From assembly GCF_009914755.1 (NCBI RefSeq), contig NC_060933.1: a stretch of DNA of 64,000 bases. The stretch is one strand, 5' to 3'. The position numbers and the translations under genes were made by a program. The notes beneath the pieces are model-generated. The model was given only the letters and a program-made list of their open reading frames with translations. It made no database searches and was not told the origin of the DNA. Each line of letters opens with the position of its first letter. The stretch's first letter is position 1. Origin of the DNA: the human T2T-CHM13v2.0 reference genome, Homo sapiens. Positions 1 to 12,044 of this stretch are shown in pieces.

Positions 1-697
1 AACTTCAAGCCATCTCCAAACATTTCTGGAATGAGGAGACAGTACATAGAAGAAGGAGATACAGGTATAAAATCAATGAGATTAGGTAAAAAATCCATAG
101 CTCTTAATTTGAATTGTCTGTCTGTATGTATGATTTATATATTTGATCTAAATCTAAATATATATTTATATATCATACATACATATAATTCAATTATATA
201 TATTTTTTCATAGCTCTTTCCACTGAAACATTTAGAAACCATGGGAAACTCAATAGTAAACCTAGCACCCAGATTATGACTTCTAAATACCATTCCCCAT
301 TAAACGAAAAAAGAGCTCGTTAGACAAAATAGTTGTTTCAGGTCTGGGAAGGAAGAGTGAATATTGAGCTTGTAATATCTTGACATATCAGATAGCAGGA
401 AGTCATCAAAGATACTAGCGTCATGCAAAAGGTCTCAGGAGCCATGAGCTCATAACTCCAGTAAAAAAAAAAAAATTAAGTAACTAGATCTAGGCATCAA
501 TGTATGGGAAACACAAAGACAGACACCACAGAATTGCAATCAGCAAAATCAGACTGTGGTAAACTTTATAGTTTTCCATATTGAGAAACTATTCCTTCCA
601 AAAAAAAAATCTAGCCTAAAAGCAGGGTGGTGGCGGCAGGAACAGAGGTAGAGGGAAAGATAGAAAAAGGGAGGGGGAAATGTAGATTGAAAGAGAC

Positions 698-1083
698 TGT
701 ACTGGTCCATTCTCACACTGCTAATAAAGACATACCTGAGACTGGGTGATTTATAAAGGAAAGAGGTTTAATTGACTCACAGTTCAGCATGGCTGGGGAG
801 GCTTCAGGAAACTTACAATCATGGCAGAAGGGGAAGCAAACATACTCTTCTTCACATGGCAGCAACAAGGAGAAGTGCCAAGAAAAAGGGGGAAAAGGCC
901 CTTAAAAAACCATCAGATCTCATGAGAACTCATTCACTATCATCAGAACAGCATGAGGGTAACCACCTCCATGATTAAATTACCTCCCACCAGGTCCCTC
1001 CCATGACATCCCACAACACGTGGAGATTATGGGAACTACAGTTCAAGGTGAGATTTGGGTGGGGACACAGCCAAACCATATCA
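698..1083 (-). mobile_element. THE1/MST-family MaLR solo LTR
   Basis: THE1-like sequence (CTGAGACTGGGTGATTTATAAAGGAAAGAGGTTTAATTGACTCACAG ... GGGACACAGCCAAACCATATCA), TG..CA ends, perfect 5-bp TSD GAGAC at 693-697 and 1084-1088. Confidence 0.9.
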
Positions 1084-1392
1084 GAGACAAATCACAATGT
1101 ATGCCGTTATTTGGATCCTGGTTCAATTTAAAAATTGAAATAAATAATGTATAAGACATTTCTGGAAATATAAATGCTGGATAATTGATTATATCAAGGA
1201 ATTAGTTTTAGGTGATTTATATGTTAAATGTTAAATGGTACTTTATATTTTTCCAAGAGTACTAATCTTTTTTGGATATAAATACTAAAATATTTCAAGA
1301 TGGAATGTTATTACCATCTGGGATTTGCTTTAGAATAATTAAGGAGAAGGAGAAATAATCCACAGGGCTATGGAAGAACAAGATTGGCCATA

Positions 1393-1811
1393 AGCAGCAC
1401 AGAAAGACAAACTTTGCATGTTCTCACTTATTTGTGGAAGCTAAAAGTTAAAACAATTGAACCCATGGAGATGGAGAGTAGAATGATGGTTATCAGAGGC
1501 TGGGAACAGTGATGAGAGGGTAGAGGGGAAATGGAGATGGCTTATGGGTACAAAAAATAGAATAAATAAGAACTAGTATTTGATAGCACAGCAGGATGAT
1601 TATAGTCAAAAATAATTTAATTGTACATTTTAAAATAATTAAAAGAGTATAATTGGATTGTTTGTAACACAAAGGATAAATGCTTGAGGTGATGGATACC
1701 CCATTTACCCTGATGTGATTATTACACGTTGCATGCCTGTATTTAAATATCCCATATACTCCATAAATATATATAGCTACTATGTACCCAGGAAAATTTA
1801 AAAAATTAAAA

Positions 1812-1814
<3 letters not shown>
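1393..1814 (+). mobile_element. L1MA-type 3' end fragment
   Basis: L1 3'UTR-like sequence (GCATGTTCTCACTTATTTGTGG, TACTATGTACCCA) with A-rich tail. Confidence 0.75.

Positions 1815-1851
<37 letters not shown>
1815..1851. repeat. (AC)n microsatellite
   Basis: Direct dinucleotide run at the L1 tail. Confidence 0.95.
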
Positions 1852-2909
1852 AGCCATGAGCAGATCATCTTTGGATCTGGAAGATGAATACCTATTATTC
1901 TTTCTACAAGATTAAATTTTCCCATAAAATAAAAGAAAAAACCTTCTCCAATACCTAGCCTAAATATTGCAGGCTTTATTTCTGTTTCATGTAGGTCTGG
2001 TCTTCTTTCTGCATTTGCTTTATCCTTTCTCTCTGCAGACCAGCTTTCTCTTCCTTGCTAGACACAGGGCCACATTTGTGCCCCCTTTACGTGGTCTATG
2101 AGTTCAAGAGCTTTGTGCCAACTATGAGGTGTCTCTACGTCCAAATTCCAAATTCCTTGGACAGAAAATATGGTTTGCCCAGTTTGGGTCAACTCGCCAA
2201 TTATCTATAGCCAAAGGAGAGAGCATGACTGTCCTTTCAGCAGGGGCTAAGGGAAGACACATTCTGCTTCAGGCAGAACATTTCAGCTAATGTGCCACAG
2301 GGTACAGATGTACCAAGCTCAGAGTCCTCCTGGGATTACTAAGCAGAACCTGTAGTGACCTAAGCCCCCAGGTGAATTGCCTTCAGCCATGAAAAGACTC
2401 ATCCACTCACCCCAGGGTGCCTACACATCCCATGGTTTTCTACGTGCTCCATGGCAAGACACAGGTTGGGAAGCACTGTGCTAGGGAGGTGGGCAGGGTC
2501 ATGAAGTTCTGTCCCATGGTGTCTTCAGTGCCTCCTTTCAAGAGTAGAATCTTGGCTTTACATTTTTGTAACAGAAAGGTACCCGAGGGTGTTTTTCCCG
2601 AAACAGAGGAACCATCTGCTCACAAAGGTGAATTCAGACTTGAACAGTGGAGAAACAGAAAAGTCATTCCTTGTGTATCCAGCAGCATTCTGCTTCCATC
2701 CCCTCAAGACACACTCCCCCTGGGTTCTAGGTTTCAACATTTTAATTGGGTCCAATCACAGCTAAAGTGCTCTATTACATGAGTATTTCAATTTTCTGGT
2801 AGTCATTCTTCACATGTATCTTCTTTAGGGAGCATGCTCTTCTGAGATTTGTGGGTGAAAGCAACCAAGAGGCAAAGAGCTATGAGGACATCTGTTCCCC
2901 CAAACATCA

Positions 2910-3868
2910 CTAGGCAAAGCATTTCTGAAATATCAAGTCCCTCACAGCAGCCTTTACATCCTTGTTCCTCAGGCTGTAGATGATGGGGTTGAGCATGGGG
3001 GTCACCACCCCATAGAAAAGGGAAATGAGTTTGTCTGCAAGGTCTTGCTTGTCTGCCCCCAGCGGGTCCTTAGACTTGGGCTTCCCATACATGAAGAGGA
3101 TGGTCCCATAGAAGATGACCACGACTGTGAGGTGGGCAGAGCAGGTGGAGAAGGCCTTTTTCCTCCCCTCAGCTGAGGGGATCCTCAGGATGGTGGCAAT
3201 GATGAAGACATAGGAGAAAGAGATGAACAGAACCGGGACCCCCAGGAAGATCACATTGGTCACTCCCATACTGATCACATTGACAGAGATATCAGCACAG
3301 GCCAACTTCAGGACAGCCAGAATCTCACAGGTGAAGTGGTTGATGATGTTGTCTCCACAGAAGGGCAGCCTCATTGCAAGGGATGTCTGCACCATGGAAG
3401 CAGTGCTTCCAGCTACCCAGGAGCCGGCAGCCTTATGGGCATGTAGGCAGCCTTGCTCATGACCACAGGGTACCTAAGGGGGTTGCAGATGGCCACGTAG
3501 CGATCAAACGCCATCATGCTCAGGAGAACACACTCTGTGGCTCCCATGGCAAAGGAGAGGAACATCTGCACTGCACAGGCTGAGAAGGAGATGGTTTTCC
3601 TGGGGGTCAAGAAGCTGTCAAGGATGAGGGGGACTGAGGATGTTGTATAGCAGATGTCCAGGAAGGAGAGGTTCCCCAGGAAGAAGTACATGGGCATGTG
3701 CAGGTGGGAGTTGGACACAGTCATCAGGATGAGGACCCCATTGCCCAGTAGGATCACCAGGTACATCAGCAGGATGAGCACAAAGAACGTTTTCTCCAGC
3801 TTTGGGTGGGCAGAGAGGCCCAGGAGAATAAACTCGGTCACAGAGGCTGTCTGATTGGCACTTACCAT
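2910..3868 (-). pseudogene. OR13C7: Class II olfactory receptor, frameshifted by one 2-bp insertion; 318 aa if repaired
   Basis: ORFs 3413-3868 and 2910-3395 join after removing TT at 3433-3434 (minus strand ATAAG to ATG). Motifs [36 protein letters not shown] and [16 protein letters not shown] are intact. Symbol assigned from recalled gene order upstream of RECK. Confidence 0.9.
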
Positions 3869-3887
3869 AGTGTATCTCCTCTGTCAA

Positions 3888-3900
3888 CTGAAGGAAATAC
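3888..3900 (-). promoter_or_regulatory. Splice acceptor of the OR coding exon, 19 nt upstream of the ATG
   Basis: Minus strand GTATTTCCTTCAG|TTGACAGAGGAGATACACT-ATG. The paralog has a homologous 19-nt leader at 13162-13180. Confidence 0.7.
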
Positions 3901-5816
3901 TTAAGAGGTCCAAACTCAACATTCTTTGCCTTGCATAGGACCAGTGCATCTGGTCTGGGGTTCCAGTCTGGCTAAGACATTAGAAAACAGTTTTGAAAGT
4001 CCACAATATTTATTTCCAAGAAAAAAGAGACAACAAAATAAAAAATTATTTTGGGGCCACAGGACACCGAATGCACAAGGTTTAAAATGATGACTATGAT
4101 AATGTAACACATGTGATCAGTGACGAAAACACATAACACATTCATTTAGGGATGCTATATCCTACAAGGCAATTTATCTCGTTAAACTTTGATCAGAAAG
4201 GTGACTTAAAGTTTGCTCCATGTTCCCCCAACTTTGTGCCAAATACTAGTGACTTGATTAATTGTGAATCCTCACCTTATAACTATTTCTTCTCATTAGA
4301 CAATTTTTATATAAAACAAACTCCAGTTGTTGCCCAAGATCTTTCTCATGGGCAACACCAGCCCCAGCTGGGTCTTTCAGGAAAAGAGGAGACTGGACAT
4401 GGAGAGATGCAAGGGAAAGGGGAGAGGGTTCCAAGGTAACTTCATGCTCTGGAAATTTCAATATGTCTCTAATATTTGAATCTGATGTTTCATGAAGATA
4501 AATAGGAGGCTGGCCCCAGAAACCCACAGTGGCTCACAATTTCTGGAACTCTATAGTTTTCTTTGGTAACTAAGGCAGTCGGGGTGAGTGTCTACACAGG
4601 AATCAAGAGTTCTTGAACCTAAGTATGTCACCCAGATGTAGATCCTGACAGTGATTATGCCCCCCAAATAAATCTAGTCCCACCCTCTGTCCCATTCTAG
4701 ATCTTCCTCTGCAGAACACTGATGCATGGGTTTTCAGCTTGTTCTCTTCTAGTGATGAAGAGCTCACTACATTCCCAAACAGCCTGCTTCCTATTTACAG
4801 AGCTCTGAAGTGTCAGAACATTCTTTATTCTAAACCAAGCCAGCAGCCTTCTGAGTTTCTCTCATTCATGTGATGGTGTTTCACCTCCTTCTGGAATTGC
4901 CTGAGTTTGTGAAAGGTCAACAGAAGAGGCTCTGAAACCATACGACCATCTTATTTCTGGGGGAGTCTATAAAGTTAGGTAAGTCCATGACCTAAGACTG
5001 AAAAGATTCATAGGCTTCTTGCCATCTAGATTTTCTGACCTAAGAAGAAAGAGTTTTGCATGGGCCTCAATCTTTGTGATAGCGCTGAAATTGCTTCATT
5101 CCTTCCCTTCTCAAGTCCCAATCCCTTTAGAAAATCAAGTCAGAAGTTAGGAATGTTATTGTGCTAATAAAAAGGTTAAGTATTACTCTTATAAGAGCCC
5201 TCACTTACCTTTGTCAGGAACCTACTGAGAAGATGTGGCCATGGCGTAGGAACAGTGTGTGGGCAAGAAATAGCAGCACTAGCTTGAAAGACTCAGGTTG
5301 AGATGGCCACCTCTGATTTGAAGAAAAGAGTGAAAGCTAGTTCTTCCTACTCAGTCTTGGTTTTATGTTTTAAGCAAAATTTCCAAATGAATAACCAGAA
5401 CATGAAAAAGGCAATTTGAAATCAGTGCTGCGATTGGGACCATTATGCTCCCTGAAGTGATTAAAAGTTTGGAAGTAGAATTGCACACAGTCAGGAAAGT
5501 TTTTATACTTCTGAGACAATGTCCCCAAGATCCAATTATGCCAAAAGCACTCCAGAAAGACTTCTTTTCCTCCTTCCTTTCTTCCTGTTGGAACTTTCCA
5601 CACTTAGACTATTGAGGGATGTTAGAGAAAGCATTTTCATGTCCTTTTTGAATTTCTGCAAACTTCAAAATGCTAAAAATTCTTGAAAAGAAGCTGGAGA
5701 GCTAAATGTTATTTAGGAATGCCCTCTGTCCATGCACTATGGGACCAGCAGCTGTGGGCACAGTGATTCCAAATCAAGTGCTCAGGGGCATGGCTGTGGA
5801 CATTTTGGGGGAACTT

Positions 5817-5846
5817 CTATATAAAGCCCTGGGGAGACCTTAATGG
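5817..5846 (-). promoter_or_regulatory. Candidate OR promoter: homeodomain site, O/E (EBF) site, TATA-like element
   Basis: Plus strand CTATATAAAG (5817-5826), CCCTGGGGAG (5827-5836), TAATGG (5841-5846). On the minus strand the order is HD, O/E, TATA, pointing toward the OR. Confidence 0.5.
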
Positions 5847-6077
5847 GGAGTCAGTCTCTGACAAGTCCTTGAACAATGGGGGAGAATTTACACATGAAGA
5901 GACAAGCAAGGGATGGGAGGAAGGAGAAGACTATCTTGGGGACAGAGCTTGGCACAGCCCTTGGCTTGCTTGTTTCTTCCACAACCTCAACAAAGCATTT
6001 GTTTGAACAGCTTCATGGAACAGGAGGGATAGCACAGAGTCCAGGGAAGACATTCTATGTTGGTGGAATCTGGAGTA

Positions 6078-6540
6078 TGACAGGCAGCGTCTAAGATGGC
6101 TTTAGTGATTCTTGCCTCCTGGTATTCATGGCTTTGTGTCATCCTCTCCCCTTGAGTAACTTGCATTTAACCAAAAGAATACACTCACTTGCTGGCTTTA
6201 GTGAAACAAACTTCCAGATTGGAGAGACAAATGTGGCAAGGAACAGAGAGAGGTCTCTGGCCAACTTACTCAGGACCTCAGCCCAACAACTCTCAAGGCA
6301 CTGAATCTTGCCAACTACCTAAGTGAGCTTGGAAGTAAACCTTTCCCCAGTTGAACCTTCAGATGAGATCCCACCCCTAGTCAAAACCTTAGTTATAGCC
6401 TTGTGAAAGACCCTGAAGCAAAGGATCCAGTTAATCTATAATCAGATCTTGACCCACAGAAATTGTGAGACAACATGTGTGTTGTTTTAAGCCACTTAGT
6501 TTTGAAGAAGTTTGTTATACAACAATAAATAACTAATATG
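6078..6540 (+). mobile_element. MLT1-type MaLR LTR
   Basis: GGCAGCGTCTAAGATGGC start, CCTTCAGATGAGA, and TTTTAAGCCACTTAGTTTTG...AACTAATA end typical of MLT1. Confidence 0.7.
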
Positions 6541-8130
6541 TAGAGGACGGTTATGAAGTATGAGGAAGAAGCCAAGGAAAGAAAGAGGTAAAATATCTAG
6601 AAAACAATGGTTCAGTGAAAGGGAGCCCTCTACTTCCTCAAAAGTCTTTCCTATTGCCAGAGGACATTAGTGTTCAACAAGTATTTTCTCATCCTGGGTC
6701 AAAGTCTGCTTATCTCCCTGCACTTATAGCCTGGGTGTTAGCTTAGCCTTTGGCTACATGGGACATAATCACTTCCTCTTTTGAGTATCAGCCCTTCAGA
6801 GACAGAAGGACAATAAATCACTGTAGATAAGTGCAGCTACACTGAAGATACGGCTCTGAACTGGGCACATTACTCCTTCTACTACCTGCTGTGAACACTG
6901 TGTGTCTGTCAATGTGTCAGAGATCCCTTTGGCTTACCTGGCAAAGAATCATCTCCTCCAGGAAATTTCCCATGGCAATTTCTGCCCATAGAACTCTCTC
7001 TCCTCTAAACTTTAAAAGCTTCCTTCCCTGGGATGTCCAGTTTTGTTCTGAACTCTGGAAATTAACTTGTGTCATTTATTTTCTCTGGGTGTGTCCATGT
7101 GCATAGCTCTATTCACATATCCATATGCATAATGTGTGTGTGCACTTATAAGTGGTTTTGTAACTCTTTTTCTCTTCAGCCTCAAGGATCTGGTGGTATC
7201 CATTTACGAGATGAAATGCTAATAGGCTTCCTGGTGAATCGTGAACTTGAATCTTGATGTTTGAATCCCCCTTAGTTTGTCTAATTCATGTTCCAGAACT
7301 CATCTGCATTCATTATTTTCATTCTGGATGGAAACTCAGTGGTAACATTATTTGTCAATAGTTCTTTCAACTATGTCCCTCATTTTTCCATAGTAGAGTT
7401 AGCCTTTATGATCATAGTGGCAAAGAGCAGGAATCAAAATGATGACTAGTGAGCTCGGTTTCCTGAACTTACTCTGTATCTCATTCTTGAACTGAAAACA
7501 CTTTGTTGTCATGGTTAGCTTCTTCCTCACTTCCTTTTTTCATTCTGTGACTACTCACAGGTCTCTAGAATCATACCCCTTGGGTCCACAGTAAATTCTA
7601 ATGTCTTAGATGATCCCTGCAGAATATTGGAGCTTTGAGAAACATCCTTATGTTCTCTCTCTCCACTTAGGAGCCACAGTGATGGGAATCATTGTTCTCT
7701 GCAAGCTTCCTGAGTTGGTAAAAAGCTTGTTCCAATTAGGACAGATATGTCAGATATTGACATATTAGCTGGAGTTCTGCTTATCTTTTATACAAAGAAG
7801 TTTTACATCTTTACTTTTGTATTTGGCCTCAGAAATCTTAGAACACTCTACCAACTCTGAAACATTTCCTTCAGGGCATCAGGTTCATTGACTTCCCTCC
7901 TGAATTCAATCTTTGCCATCTGCCTGGTGTACACTAGGGAGCATGAAGAGTCTTCCAAGTTCTGCCACATCACCGCTAAAGGACATCCCAATGGCCAAAC
8001 ATGCTTTGGGAAATATTCTTTACCCTTGTGTACTTGTAGACTGTCTGTCATGAAAGAGGAAGTGATTATGTCCCATGTAGCCAAAGGCTAATCAATTCCC
8101 AAAGCTAAAAAGTCAGACAGAAATTACCAT

Positions 8131-8896
<766 letters not shown>

Positions 8897-8921
8897 TATT
8901 TTTTTCATGTGCCTCTTTCTC

Positions 8922-9049
8922 GCCACTAGAGGGTGCACTCCCAGAAGGCAGGGACCCTGGGTTACTCTGCACATTTCTGCCTTTTGCCGCTAGAGGATGC
9001 ACTCCCAGAGGGCATGGACCCTGGGTTACTCTACACATTTCTGCCTTTT
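8922..9049 (+). repeat. 64-bp tandem duplication (2 copies) carrying a CTCF-like motif
   Basis: 8922-8985 versus 8986-9049, 5 mismatches by eye. Copy 1 starts GCCACTAGAGGGTGC. Confidence 0.9.
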
Positions 9050-9924
9050 ATGGAGCATACGCTCAATAATTGTTTGCTGAATAAAGGAATGTCCCCATTC
9101 TCTAGACTCATCCCTGTCCTGGGTCACATTCTGTCCATGACTCGTAAGAGGTCTGGGAGCACGTGCACAGATGACAGGAAGCTGAAAGGACAGTGACTTG
9201 GGTGCCCAGTGAGGATTGAGGCAGAACACAGCAGGTTGCTTCAAGGTGTTTAATCCAATGAGATGAACATTTAGAGGGAGAGTAAAGGTCTTTCAGTCAG
9301 ATGCCCCAAGCCACTGCGTAAGCACAGACTGGGGGTGACGGGGCTCGGCTGCAGCACAGGAGAAAGCACCTGGGCTTTGAATGAATCCTGGAATCACTAA
9401 CCCACAGATTGTTGGACCCTGTTAATGAGATTATGATGTTCAGAAAGAAAGAAAGGGGACAAGGAAAGAAGGAAGGGAAAGAGGAAGGGAGAGAAGAAGG
9501 GGGAGAAGAAGCAGACAGCTGACTTCCTCCAGTGCTGCCAACATAATTTGTTCTTGGGGATGTTATCCCAGAAGGATAGAAAGTTTCTAAACTGAGTACA
9601 ACTCACTTTCCAAACCTTAAATGACTTCAGGGTCTACAATGGTCCCAAAGAATAAACTGCAATTTAAATTATCTTCTAAGGGTGATGGCCAGTCCTTTGG
9701 AGATTGTGCCCCAAGCACATGAGGCAGGAGAAGCAGAAAGGACCCTTCACCTGTCACATGTCCTGAGCCCTCACCCTGGCGTTCAGACCCAGTGTCACTG
9801 TTTCTGACATGTAGCCTCTTTCCAAACCTTGGAAAATCGATCATTCTTGCTCATGATGTTTTTTTATAAAAGTAAGGGCAAGTTTTGGTGAAAGGAATTC
9901 CACAATTTTCATTAGCATTGGCTA

Positions 9925-10248
9925 TATTTATTTTTTAAATAAATTGATACATAATAGATATACATAATAGATACATAATATCTATTATTGATACATAATA
10001 GATATACATGGTTTTAAGGTACATGTGATAATTTAATACATTCATATAATCTGCAAGGATCAAGTCAGTGTAGTTGGGATATCCATGACTTTAAACATTT
10101 GTCTTTATGCTAGAAATATTTGAATTATTCTCTTCTAGCCATCTTGAAAGGTATAGTAGCTTATTGTAAACTATAGTCACCCTCCTGACCTATTGAACAC
10201 TAGGTCTTATTCCTTCGATCAAACCATATATTTTCACCCATTAATCAA
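9925..10248 (-). mobile_element. L1MA-type 3' fragment
   Basis: Reverse-complement L1 3'UTR-like sequence (GTACATGTGATAATTTAATACATTCATATAAT, ACTATAGTCACC). Confidence 0.7.
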
Positions 10249-11561
10249 CAGCATGGTTACATTTCTATCATCAGACTTGATTGTAATGGAATGGGGGCTT
10301 GAGGAGGGCAGATGTGAAGCTGTTTCATTGGTATGATATTATTCTCACAAAATCAAATAGACCTCCTCAACCTGCAAGAATGTCTGAGATCATCTGGCCT
10401 CACCCTGCCATCATGCTGAGGAAATGGGGGCTTGCCAGGGACCATACAGCTGGTAGTCCTTCTCACGATTGGTTGTCCTTTCTTGATAAAAACTGTTGGG
10501 CTCTTTCTCACTTCATAGTTAGATACAAAGTCTGGCAATAATAATAAGCATGTTTCTGAATCTGATAATGATGACATAGAGGGAATATTTTCTTCATATG
10601 ATCTGCAGGTTCTTGAGAGTTGGCTGGCCAGCCTACAGTGAGAAACCCAGCTGGGGACTGATACACTGCCCAACACACACATCCCAGCAGCAGCGTGTCT
10701 CGGGCACCTCAGCCATCCTCAAGCTTGGGGACCATTCTTAGTGTCAGCCTTTGTAGCGAGCTCCTGGTTGATACATTTGCCTCTAAGAGATATATCTACT
10801 TTTTTAAGACCTTAAGAGAAAAAGGGAGATTTATTCTTATTTATCTTCGTGCTGAAACCATACTATTTCTAGATATTTAGGCAGTTGTGTGTAAGAGAGA
10901 TTAACTGCCTTTAGGGGCTCCAGAAGACAAGGCCAGGTAGAAGTTGCAAGGAGACAGATTTCAGCTCAATATCACAGGGTAACTACTTCAAAATGAAGTG
11001 AGCCTTACCAGGAGATAAAGAACCTCACATCACTCAGATAGTCAAATCTAGGTTCTAGGACTATCAGGAATGTGGTAAGGGGCTTTCTGCATTAGAAAGG
11101 GGGCAATTACTAAATAGACCCTAAGACCTGTTGTCCTTAGCATTCAAGTAATTGTTATGGTTGATGATGATGATGATGATGAAAGCATTTGTTTGCATGA
11201 CTATTTCCCCACTAGATTTTGAGCTCTTTGTTCCCAGCACCTAGAATTATGCCTGGCCCAGAGTAGACGCTCAACAAATATCTGTTAACCTGACCTGAAT
11301 TATTATGGCACTGACTTGGTCACAGCTATAATGTGCTAACCACCAACATAGGAGTATCTCGGAGCTCGTGAGGCAGGAAGCATCGCTGCAACAACAGAGG
11401 AGGGGGTTGGATTACTGAGAGCTCTTGGAAAGATAGATATCTGGGAAGTTTGTAAGTATTTTAGATACAGTTCTAATAAAACTGTAGTGCTCAGTTGCCT
11501 ACAAGTTTTTTACTGGTCCAGAACAAATCATAGTTTGAGAAGCACTTCGAAGTCTGAGGAG

Positions 11562-12044
11562 TGTTGAGGAAACAATGATTCATCAGTACTTGTTAAAGCA
11601 CGGCAAAGCAGACTTTATTCAGGACTATCTCAACATGTATAGGGACCACTGCCATGGGATTTTGCAGTGAGGGAGAGAAATTGGGCTCAACTCCAAATAC
11701 AGCAGGCACAAGTGGGAATTTTTAGCCAAGGAGGGGGCTGGAGGTAGGTAGATAGAAAATTACTAAGAAGAAGCATCGGGGGTAACGGGGATTCTGGCTA
11801 AATGGACCTAACAGAATTCTTGCTGAAGAGAGGACAGGGTAATCAGACATCACCTGGGGATGGTGGAGGATGAGGAACCTCATCAAACATTGAAGATGAC
11901 CAGATATTGAGGAGGGGGGTTCTTGCTGAACTGACTTAGCAGGGCTTTTTGCTGAAACTGAATTTTATAAGCAAGGACACAGATGTACCTAGAAGAAGGT
12001 TCAGATGCCTGGCCAAAGTTTGGAAAATCTGAGAATCTTTGTCA
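11562..12044 (-). mobile_element. MER31-type ERV1 solo LTR
   Basis: Reverse complement starts TGACAAAGATTCTC and contains CCCTGCTAAGTCAGTT and CCTCCACCATCCCCAGGTGATGTCTGAT. The element is absent at the paralogous site near 21428. Confidence 0.8.

Noticed and set aside
3223-3854. Plus-strand ORFs over the OR gene, and similar minus-strand ORFs at 13030-13395 and 13698-13910
   Set aside because: Antisense shadows of OR coding sequence. Their mutual similarity only reflects OR paralogy.
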